Source of the DNA: a virus
Strand: one strand, 5' to 3'
DNA: 64,000 nt
Virus record (IMG/VR): IMGVR_UViG_3300045988_125079
Span: 32,001-96,000 of that record
Made by a program: the position numbers and the translations under genes
The notes under the pieces: model-generated
What the model was told of the DNA's origin: nothing
Databases searched by the model: none
What the model saw: only the letters and a program-made list of their open reading frames with translations
Part shown: piece by piece, positions 51,780 to 60,152 of the stretch
Layout: each line of letters opens with the position of its first letter
Numbering within the stretch: position 1 is the stretch's first letter

Positions 51780-52418
51780 TTAAACAGCAGGAATAACAGA
51801 CTTGAGTTCGTCTACATCAAGAAGTTCTTTTTCGCTGATGAGCCCTCGATTGTACAGTTTGAAATGATGGTCACACTGCTCTTTTGCGAGGGTCAAAATA
51901 ATATCAGTTAAACCGTATTTGATGCAGGCTTTTTCTGCATAAGCTAATTTTTTTGCAGAATAAGAATTTGCGTACAATTTATCTGCAAGGTACGCTTTTT
52001 TATACTCAGATTCACACTTTCTTACAAATGCACGTTCACACAATTTGATTTTGCGCTGGTGCTCTTCTACAGACAGCATACACCACAGCAGCTGCCCCAA
52101 CAAAATTTCTTTCGTATCGGCGTTGACGACAGGCTTATTCTCAGGCCGTGTATACATGATATACCCATCCCTTGCGTTCTCAACGTACTTGACAGGCATA
52201 CCAGCACTCAGCATCTTGAACACCGTGTCGTCATTCACATTGGAAAGCCTCTCTCCGCCTTCCATGACGACATTGTATGCAGGACGAGCGACGATCTCGA
52301 CATCTGCGCTTGCAAAGTCGTGGGTCAGGTCATAAACCATCTCGTCAAGCTGGTAATAACCATGCTCACGAACATGGCCAAAACCGATGTTTTCACGAAT
52401 GATGTAAGGGCAGGACAT
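51780..52418 (-). CDS. hypothetical protein (212 aa)
   Basis: ORF track trimmed to MSCPYIIRE, which has AAGAGG upstream. The longer N-terminus is Pro/Arg-rich and spans a terminator. Confidence 0.6.
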   Translation of the reverse strand: MSCPYIIRENIGFGHVREHGYYQLDEMVYDLTHDFASADVEIVARPAYNVVMEGGERLSNVNDDTVFKMLSAGMPVKYVENARDGYIMYTRPENKPVVNADTKEILLGQLLWCMLSVEEHQRKIKLCERAFVRKCESEYKKAYLADKLYANSYSAKKLAYAEKACIKYGLTDIILTLAKEQCDHHFKLYNRGLISEKELLDVDELKSVIPAV

Positions 52419-52481
52419 AACGACAACCTCTTTTCTGAGTGTACAAAATGCGCCACACTCTAAGACGCTACGCATACTGCG

Positions 52482-52514
52482 TTGGAAAGGGGCCGCTTTG
52501 AACGGTGCGACCCC
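52482..52514 (-). terminator. rho-independent terminator
   Basis: Minus-sense GGGGTCGC-accgttcaaa-GCGGCCCC, with a G-U pair in minus sense, followed by TTTCC. Confidence 0.5.
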
Positions 52515-52539
52515 GAAAGGGTATCCGTGAGCTGCGTGG

Positions 52540-53355
52540 TTACTGCTTATCTTCGGCGGCTTTGGTCTCTTCGGCCTTCTTGGTGCGACCGTACAGAGCG
52601 TCCAGAATGGCCTGCTTCTCTTCCTGAGTCGCATGGCTCTTATTGACGAGGGTCACGACTGCCACAATGTCGATACTGTGGGCTTCGTAGTCGGCCACCT
52701 TCTTCTCCAGCTGCGCAATCTTGTCGTCTTTTTCCTTGGCTTCTTCTGCGGCCTTCTGCTCTTCTGCAGCTTTATCAGCGGCTTTTTTCTCGTTAGCGGC
52801 TTTGGTGTCTGCAGCCTTCTTTGCCTTTGCATCGTTGGCGGCCTTGCGTGCTTTCTTGAAGTCTGCCGCGCTGATACGGGCAAGAGGTTGACCGTTCAGA
52901 ATGCGGGCGGTCTCAAAGATGAGGTAGTTCAAGAAGCAGTCAGAAATTTTGCTTGCATCACCCGCGGCATCCGCTCTTGCATCTGCGGACACTTCGCCCA
53001 TCAGCACAAGGTCAGGCACGGTTACGCTATACAGAGGACGCCGCTTCCCGTCTGCCTTGTTAGGGTCGCGACTGCCCAGACCGTAAAACCACATTGCCAT
53101 AGACTTGCGTGCCTTTTCTTCTGCGGCCTTCAGCGCGGGGAGATCTTCTTCGGCAGTGCCCTTGCTTTCGCGGAGCATCACCATTGCCGCGATATCAGCA
53201 TACACTGCATCCGACACTTTCTTGATGCCCTCGACCGTGCCAACGACACGGAAGTCCTCAAGGGACTTTTTGGTGATAGCGGACACTTCCTGCTCAGGGT
53301 CAGCAATTGCCATGACCAGAGTAGCCAGTTCAGTCAGTTTTACGTTCTTTGCCAT
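52540..53355 (-). CDS. hypothetical protein with Lys/Ala-rich (histone-H1-like) C-terminal half
   Basis: KKARKAANDAKAKKAADTKAANEKKAADKAAEEQKAAEEAK. First gene of the minus-strand block. GAGAGGTAAAG upstream. Confidence 0.65.
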   Translation of the reverse strand: MAKNVKLTELATLVMAIADPEQEVSAITKKSLEDFRVVGTVEGIKKVSDAVYADIAAMVMLRESKGTAEEDLPALKAAEEKARKSMAMWFYGLGSRDPNKADGKRRPLYSVTVPDLVLMGEVSADARADAAGDASKISDCFLNYLIFETARILNGQPLARISAADFKKARKAANDAKAKKAADTKAANEKKAADKAAEEQKAAEEAKEKDDKIAQLEKKVADYEAHSIDIVAVVTLVNKSHATQEEKQAILDALYGRTKKAEETKAAEDKQ

Positions 53356-54592
53356 AATTCTTTACCTCTCTTTTGCGATTGTGTACAGTGCTATCCGTAT
53401 GATAACACTTGACGCGGTGCAAACTTGCGCTTGCGCCGTCTCAAGTGCCCGCCATGCTTTTACACATGACGAACACTGAAAAACTGTTATTTTTGTACGC
53501 TAAAGTGGTAGTTTTAAGCCTTGCTTTAGCGTAAAAGTGACTGCACAAATTGCGCTTGTATTCATGCAAGGCATTCCAGCTTTTGACATTTTGCAAGCTT
53601 GCGATTGCACGTCCACCACTAAAGAGTATAGTTAGGACTTGTGCAACGGCTACTTTTGTGCGTGCCAGCGCTTTTCCGACACTTATCGGGCGGTATCTGG
53701 CACATCATCACAGTGCACCCTATTAAGGCGCACCTATAGCTTATTTATCCAGTCGGCTATAGTCGGCAAGGTATATGCTATCCCCACGGAAGGCGTTTGA
53801 AATGGGACGCAAGACGAATACACACAAGTTGCAACGTCCGGCATAGTTCCCGCGCCAAAGCGTGGTCGTTCTACCTGTTTAAATTTTCAAAGTGCAACTG
53901 CTCCCCGGAAGCGGGTGCCGTTCCGGTGTTTCCCGTTCCCTCTGGAGTGACTACAGTATAGCCTAAATAATTTTTTTGTGCAACATGTCTACATGCCAGT
54001 TATCAGAACGCCAGTATAAAGAATGGCCGTGCCAGCCTATATATAAATAGGTATAAATTCCGTTCTGCCAGCAAAGTAAATAGCACCTTTTAACGGTAGG
54101 TACGATTTTCCGAAAAGCCGCATGATTCCTAGAGAAAATGGACATTCGGCGCGGCACGTGGCGGGGGTGGTTAAAAATCGAGAAATGGGGTGTGCCAGCC
54201 CTAAAGGGCTAAGTTGTTTCATCTCCCCATCACCAAATTATCTCTTCGGTTCCACCTTTAGTGTGCGTCATTTGTACATTAGCTTCGTGCTTCAATTCCT
54301 GTCCACGCATCACAACTTTGCTCATTTTATTCAATTAATCCGCTTAACAGCCCGCTTTCCTAAATCGCCACAAACTATATCCGAAGCTCCATCCGGAAAT
54401 CATCGTGTCATCGTTATATTTTATTATGTATTATTTTGTATATTTTCTGCCATTTGTTGCCATTTATTGTATTTTATCGCTGTTAAAAACGCATTAAATC
54501 GCTATATTTTCATCGTATTTTCGCTATTTTTTCGCCATTTATTGAATATTTTATTAAATTTCGCCTCATTCCGGAAATATTCATAATTTTAC

Positions 54593-54621
54593 TTGATATT
54601 TTGCATATTTAGGGGTATAAT
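54593..54621 (+). promoter_or_regulatory. sigma70-type promoter (TTGATA-17-TATAAT) for the plus-strand block
   Basis: TTGATA at 54593-54598, a 17-nt spacer, TATAAT at 54616-54621. Confidence 0.55.
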
Positions 54622-54629
54622 TATAAAAA

Positions 54630-54647
54630 CAACTGTTATTATCTACC
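54630..54647 (-). promoter_or_regulatory. conserved 19-nt motif, copy 4 (18/19 match)
   Basis: CAACTGTTATTATCTACC(g) is in the same plus-strand-text orientation as copies 1-3. Lies just downstream of the plus-strand -10. Followed by the inverted repeat CTACC-gtatagaat-GGTAG. Confidence 0.45.
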
Positions 54648-54698
54648 GTATAGAATGGTAGAGTAACATTTATTATAAGAAAGGACTGAATATCTGTT

Positions 54699-56027
54699 AT
54701 GAAATTTTATGACACTTCCGCCCTACTCGATCTCGGTGCTGCAGCATTCACAAGTCAGTTCTTGATTGCAGACATGACTTTGCACGAGTTAGAAGATATT
54801 AAAACAAGTGGTAAAAAGAACGAAGAAACTCGTTAGAAGGCACGTACCGTAACCCGCCTGCTTGCTGAACACCGCGACGATGGTAGCTTCCGAGTAGTAG
54901 CCGTTCCCATGTCTTCCCTATTCTACATCTTGGATGGCAAGCCAATCAGTGACAATAATGACGCGACGATCATGGCAACCGCCTATTGGTATCTGGATGA
55001 GCTGTGTCACAATTTGAATGACGCGATTGAAGCCGGTCTCACAGACGCACAGCGACAGATCCAAGCTGATATCGATTCTTTTAAATTTGTCACCAGCGAC
55101 TTAAGTTGTGCCAATATCGCCAGCGGTATTCTTGATCTACCGACTGAGTTCACTTTTCCTAACGCAACAGCTGCGAAAAACGACTATAAAGGATGGATAG
55201 AGGTCGCCCTAGAAGATGGCGGCGAAGAAGCGTTGGCTATGGCCTACTCTAAAGATGTCGAGCAGAAGAACTTGTTTGATACGCCCACTAACGGTTATGT
55301 CTTAATCCCAAATGCAGACGCTGATGGTAACACGGCTGGACTTCGCTGGGATGGCTCGCGCTATGTACCTATTAAGTATAAAAAAATCAGCAACCGCTTC
55401 ACTGGGGACATTCGCCCTCTCAACAATCAGCAGAAACTCGCCTTTGATATGCTGCAGAACGACAACATCACCGTCAAGATGCTTGCTGGAACATTCGGCA
55501 GTGGTAAAACGATGCTCATGGTGTCATCCGCTATTGATATGATCGAGAAACATAAAATTGACAAACTGATCTGGATTCGCAACAACATCGAAGTCAAGAA
55601 CACAAAAGAACTGGGAGCACTTCCCGGCACTCTACTAGAGAAGCTAGGAGCGGCCTCATTTGCTGGACCTCTTGCAGACCATTTGGGCGGAGAAAGCGGT
55701 TTGGAGTATTGGATCAAGAATGGGCAAGTAGAGGTGGCGCATCTCGGCTTCATTCGTGGGCGCGACTATAAGAATGCTATCTTGCTAGTATCAGAAGCAG
55801 AGAACTTGACAAAAGAACACATCCAGTTGCTGCTCGGCCGTGTAGGTGAAGGATCTATGCTGTGGCTTGACGGCGACTTGAAGCAGACGGATGAGGCGGT
55901 ATTTGAAAATAACAGTGGTATGCGCAAGGCAATCTCTGCTTTGACTGGAAATCCGCACTTTGCTTATGTGTACATGCCGAAGACAGAACGCAGCGAGACC
56001 GCACAGCTTGCCGATCTACTCGATTGA
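54699..56027 (+). CDS. phoH: PIN-domain + PhoH-like ATPase (YlaK-like), with in-frame TAG at 54834-54836
   Basis: ATG at 54699 gives MKFYDTSALLDLG...HELEDIK (PIN-like) in the same frame as ORF 54909-56027, which has Walker A GTFGSGKT. The two parts are separated by a single TAG. Confidence 0.7.
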
Positions 56028-56040
56028 GGCGTCGCGCAAG

Positions 56041-56475
56041 ATGATAGAAGTAAAAATAAGCGGCCTGAAAGTAGCGGACTACTGGTCTCCTACCGACGGA
56101 TGGAACTATGACGCCATTGATAGTCTTGCAAAAGAATTGTACGACCGCTACCGAGAAGCCGAAGCCGAACAGACAGTGGAGTTATTCAAGAACTACATAG
56201 AAAAAATGAGTATACTACATGAAATCGATCCATTCTCTATTGACTATATCCGCGATCAGATTGAGTGGATGATTCGTCCTTTGATGCATCGTGGAATGAC
56301 GATGAAAAAACGGTTGCAGATAAACGCATTGACCTATGAGATCGTAGAAAAGTTGCTTCCCTCTTATCTTGATAATATGGCTATGCTACATCAGTTACAA
56401 AAAGAATTAGAAAATGCGGCTTTGCATCGATATTTGATTACGCCATTTGGCAAAAGGACAGCTGTATGGAAATAA
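56041..56475 (+). CDS. hypothetical protein (144 aa)
   Basis: ORF track trimmed to MIEVKISG. Confidence 0.55.
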   Translation: MIEVKISGLKVADYWSPTDGWNYDAIDSLAKELYDRYREAEAEQTVELFKNYIEKMSILHEIDPFSIDYIRDQIEWMIRPLMHRGMTMKKRLQINALTYEIVEKLLPSYLDNMAMLHQLQKELENAALHRYLITPFGKRTAVWK

Positions 56476-56714
56476 TGAATGAAGCTAATTTGAATATGTT
56501 CTGGGCGATTGATGAGTATTTGACTTATAAGATGTCGCGATACTTTAATGCGTATATTCTTCTGATTGGTTTAAAAGACGATTCTGGTTTCTTTATGAAT
56601 TTTGAAGGTGGCAAAGGTGGAGTCGAAGGTCATTTATATAAAGAAAAAGGTCCAGCGGTATTCGCATTTATTGGCGACAATTACAAGATTCTACGAAATG
56701 ACGATGCAAAGTAG
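56466..56714 (+). CDS. hypothetical protein (82 aa); ends in TAG (would extend to 56771 if TAG is sense)
   Basis: ORF track. The next in-frame stop after the TAG is TGA at 56769-56771. Confidence 0.5.
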   Translation: MEIMNEANLNMFWAIDEYLTYKMSRYFNAYILLIGLKDDSGFFMNFEGGKGGVEGHLYKEKGPAVFAFIGDNYKILRNDDAK

Positions 56715-56790
56715 ATTGTAGATTTAGCATTAAAACTATGCAGTCAATACGAAGATCAATTATTTAATTGAATAGGAGGTTCCACAGGGT

Positions 56791-57264
56791 ATGTATAAAA
56801 TATTCGCTCCACGCGGCGGTGGCCGCACCTATCAAATATGTAAATACGCGATTGAAAACGACTGCGACATTATTGTGCCCGCTCTGAATTCTATCCAACA
56901 CATTATAACGATCATAATGCAAATCTGCTATGATTCTAATGGTGAATATGAATATATTGATGACAATAACAATTTGCGTGATATCAAAATTAAAACACCA
57001 AACGACACGATTGTGATCCACGTTTTTGACGCTGATAGTTTCCGACATGCACAATTTGGCCCCGCCAGAAGAAAACCCGTGGTGATCGACGATATTGATG
57101 AATGTATGAAGCGTATTATAAATTCCGACTTGATTGAAGCTATTTCTATAGCTACATATGACCCATCTGATGTCGCACTTCATCCTAAAATCACAGATGC
57201 AGATGATCCAGCTATAGGAAGACCGGCACTGCAACCGCAACTGACCTGTAGGAGTTTACTATGA
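56791..57264 (+). CDS. protein with P-loop-like N-terminus and CxSLL-COOH tail (LTCRSLL)
   Basis: APRGGGRT...VVIDDID...LTCRSLL. AGGAGG upstream. Confidence 0.65.
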   Translation: MYKIFAPRGGGRTYQICKYAIENDCDIIVPALNSIQHIITIIMQICYDSNGEYEYIDDNNNLRDIKIKTPNDTIVIHVFDADSFRHAQFGPARRKPVVIDDIDECMKRIINSDLIEAISIATYDPSDVALHPKITDADDPAIGRPALQPQLTCRSLL

Positions 57265-57605
57265 CAACAGATATTTTTGGAACGAGTAATTTTAAAAAGA
57301 ACGAAAAGGAAATACTAGACCTGGCTCGACATAAATTATATGCAGAACTTAGTGAAGAGCGTGGACGTAAAGTAGATTCAGTAACGATTTATGTTGATAT
57401 GGATCGCAGATATATACATTATGACTGGGATTTAACTTTTACTCTTAATCCGAAATATTTTATCAAAGTCGGAATTATATCTGGGTTACGGATGGAAATT
57501 ATTGAAGGCGACGCTGCAGAACTAATTTATAAGCGATATCTTGAATTGGTTAGCAAGTATACAATGCAATCTAAAAAATCGTTTGTTTGTAGGAGTTTGC
57601 TATGA
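57261..57605 (+). CDS. protein with CxSLL-COOH tail (FVCRSLL)
   Basis: The ATG sits inside the previous gene's tail codons (cTATGA), with AGGAG 7 nt upstream. Confidence 0.65.
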   Translation: MTTDIFGTSNFKKNEKEILDLARHKLYAELSEERGRKVDSVTIYVDMDRRYIHYDWDLTFTLNPKYFIKVGIISGLRMEIIEGDAAELIYKRYLELVSKYTMQSKKSFVCRSLL

Positions 57606-58021
57606 ATTACACTGTAACCGCCAGAGTCGCAATGCTGACTTCTGTAAATTATAATGCCAAAAATGGAATATACGTCCCATTAAACGATAATAACATGGTA
57701 TGGGTCATGCCATTCAAATCGTACCGTGATTTTAGAGCATGGTATTTAAGAGCAGACGATAGTTCAAAAATATTTCATCAGATATGGTTTGGACCCGGAT
57801 ATACCTATGATTCCATGAGTGATGTAGCGACACGGCTTGCAAAAGAATTTGATCAGCTTAACAATATGGATTATTACCGACTTGTTAATAACGATAGTAT
57901 TTTAGATTTGATACATCCTATCAAGCTTGACTATACGTGGACTTTCGATCATGTCGTAAAAATCACAGCGCCATGGTATGAACGAAATAAAAAGAATCTC
58001 GTATGCTACAGCCTATTGTAA
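57602..58021 (+). CDS. protein with CxSLL-COOH tail (LVCYSLL)
   Basis: Same ATGA-type coupling as 57261. Confidence 0.65.
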   Translation: MNYTVTARVAMLTSVNYNAKNGIYVPLNDNNMVWVMPFKSYRDFRAWYLRADDSSKIFHQIWFGPGYTYDSMSDVATRLAKEFDQLNNMDYYRLVNNDSILDLIHPIKLDYTWTFDHVVKITAPWYERNKKNLVCYSLL

Positions 58022-58047
58022 ACGTAGTGGGGAAGGAACTTCGTAGA

Positions 58048-58320
58048 ATGACACGAGAAGAAACTATAAAGTTAGTTGCTGAGAGCATATTTAGCGATCC
58101 AAGTATTAAGGCAACTCAACGGCAAGATGATCTTATTAAAGTAATAACATGTATGGCTGTGAATGGTGTTGACCATGTTTTGTATAAAGATAAAAAATAT
58201 AGACTTGATTGCGACGCAGGTTGGTTATTGTCTGACTTTATTATAAACGATTTTTATACATATCCGAAACCAATATACATAAATAAACAGCAGCCGCTAA
58301 TTTGCAGGAGTTTATTATGA
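58048..58320 (+). CDS. protein with CxSLL-COOH tail (LICRSLL)
   Basis: ORF track trimmed to MTREETIK, which has GGGGAAGGAA upstream. Confidence 0.6.
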   Translation: MTREETIKLVAESIFSDPSIKATQRQDDLIKVITCMAVNGVDHVLYKDKKYRLDCDAGWLLSDFIINDFYTYPKPIYINKQQPLICRSLL

Positions 58321-59075
58321 ATAGAATTGATTTTCAAAATGGATCGTAGATTCAAACGATAGAAACCAATCACGACGAATCTCAGGATGAAGTAATTAAT
58401 GTTTGGTCTGCAGATGGCAAACCAGTTAGAATCTGTCGTGAAAGCAATCCGAGCATTCAAGTGGTAAAACAATGTGCTGCAGATTATATAAAAAGATGGG
58501 CTGAAGTAAAACATTCAATTTCGACAATGCCTGAAGTATCAGACAAGTTTGACTATGAGTTTTATAACTACTCCCCTTCTCCGACTATTAATACGATTGA
58601 TTTATTTAATCGAGAATATGAAATGATAGTAAATGCAGAACGACAATCACATAAAGAAGAGGACGATATGAGAATTTTATTTGTAAGTCCAGAAAAATAC
58701 GATGCCGTATGTTCTTGGTATGATAATTTAGACACTGTACAAAAACACCGTAAAGTAATCGTAATATGCAAATCGCCGGACGAATTCCGTGAAAAGTTTG
58801 ACTATAGTAAAATGAATGCACAGTGTACTATGTTCTACTTTGATGAATATCTTGGATTGGCTAAGTCGTTTGAATATTGCAAATTATTTACTAAGTTGTA
58901 TGGAGAAGCTGATGTTAGATACATCTGTGGAAATAAAATGCGACAGATAAATATAGATGATTTAATGTGCCGCAATACATTTGATTGGTTTAAAGAGTTT
59001 TCTGTCGTGCCAGAATGCTTGGAAGATCTTATTCGAAATAGTAAGAGAGCCTTCGTTTGTAAGAGTCTATTATGA
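58317..59075 (+). CDS. protein with CxSLL-COOH tail (FVCKSLL) and in-frame TAG at 58347-58349
   Basis: The coupled ATG at 58317 (ttATGa) gives MNRIDFQNGS-TAG-IQTIETNHDES..., in frame with ORF 58461-59075. Confidence 0.55.
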
Positions 59076-59111
59076 TGTTTAATATAAAAAGCATTAAAGA
59101 GGTGAACACAT

Positions 59112-59300
59112 TTGGAACCCATCAGAGCATACGATCTCATCAACGGTTACTTTACACCAGAAATTAAAACTAATTCGTTTGTAATCGACAGAGCTAAAAA
59201 TGTACAAGATGAAATTGAAGATTTACGAAAACAGCTTATTGCTGTACAACGTGAGTTAGAAAAAATGAAGAAGCCCTTCCGTTGTGAATCGCTTCTATAA
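59112..59300 (+). CDS. coiled-coil protein with CxSLL-COOH tail (FRCESLL)
   Basis: TTG start 5 nt after AAAGAGGTGA. Confidence 0.55.
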   Translation: MEPIRAYDLINGYFTPEIKTNSFVIDRAKNVQDEIEDLRKQLIAVQRELEKMKKPFRCESLL

Positions 59301-59311
59301 GGAGGTCATTT

Positions 59312-59590
59312 ATGAAAGAAGATAATTTTTCAAAACAGGATATTTATAATATTGGATTCGCCGTAGTTGATGCGGTACGCGATTACGCAGTTACATATGA
59401 AAATATTATTGACGCAATTCAGATTTATGCTGAATGGCAAGAGTTAATTGGTGGTGCCTCGCTCCACGATACACTCTGGATGGATGATGGAACGCCAATG
59501 TCTCCTTCTTTGACGCGATATTTGTATTGTAAGCTATACGGGCTGAAAGAATATGATAACAACGACGAGGAGGATTATGGCGATGAGTGA
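59312..59590 (+). CDS. hypothetical acidic protein (92 aa)
   Basis: ORF track. AAGGAGG upstream. Confidence 0.6.
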   Translation: MKEDNFSKQDIYNIGFAVVDAVRDYAVTYENIIDAIQIYAEWQELIGGASLHDTLWMDDGTPMSPSLTRYLYCKLYGLKEYDNNDEEDYGDE

Positions 59591-59759
59591 TCGCAAGCGT
59601 AATAAGGTTTCGAAGAGTACATATATGCGCGAAGCTCGTAAACAGCGCATGATTGAAAACCAGTTTATGCACGAAGTTGAGAAGGCTCAGGAAGCCGCGC
59701 AGCCCAAACATGATAAGTGGCAGCGTAACAAACGGCGCGAATGGGATGATGAAGAGTAA
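59577..59759 (+). CDS. small basic protein (60 aa)
   Basis: ORF track trimmed to MAMSDRKRNK, which has GAGGAGG upstream. Confidence 0.5.
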   Translation: MAMSDRKRNKVSKSTYMREARKQRMIENQFMHEVEKAQEAAQPKHDKWQRNKRREWDDEE

Positions 59760-59767
59760 GGAAGGAG

Positions 59768-60139
59768 ATGTATCGCAGCATGGATAAAGAGCCTAAAAAG
59801 CCGGGCGGAGAGAATGATACAGAGCGAGACGATATTCAGGAGATCCGTGTCAACTCTATTCCGCTGATGGTGCTTATCGCTGGTGTTTTAAGTTCCGTTG
59901 ATTTTGTTGATTGGATGTTTACTATCGCAGAAATGCTGGTTGTATTCGTGCTTACATATCAGATTCTAGGGCGTGTGCTCTTTACTGCTCTGGTGGTTAC
60001 GCCCATTTTGGTTGTGTTTATCAGCAGGTGTTTGGCGGCCTACGATGAGATCACGTATAGCGACGACGATATGGGCGGCGATAGCGAAGATAACGATGAT
60101 GACCATTTTAACGACCACTGGAACAATTTGATTCATTGA
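59768..60139 (+). CDS. membrane protein (2-3 TM) with acidic C-terminus
   Basis: Hydrophobic segments IPLMVLIAGVL, MLVVFVLTYQILG and VVTPILVVFI. Confidence 0.6.
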   Translation: MYRSMDKEPKKPGGENDTERDDIQEIRVNSIPLMVLIAGVLSSVDFVDWMFTIAEMLVVFVLTYQILGRVLFTALVVTPILVVFISRCLAAYDEITYSDDDMGGDSEDNDDDHFNDHWNNLIH

Positions 60140-60152
60140 GGAGTGATATTAT

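Larger units (their letters stand above)
53356..54698. other. 1.3-kb divergent non-coding control region
   Basis: No credible ORF. Repeated GTGCAAC, TTGCGC and GCCATTT(G/A)TTG words. An AT-rich block lies at 54400-54600. Confidence 0.5.
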
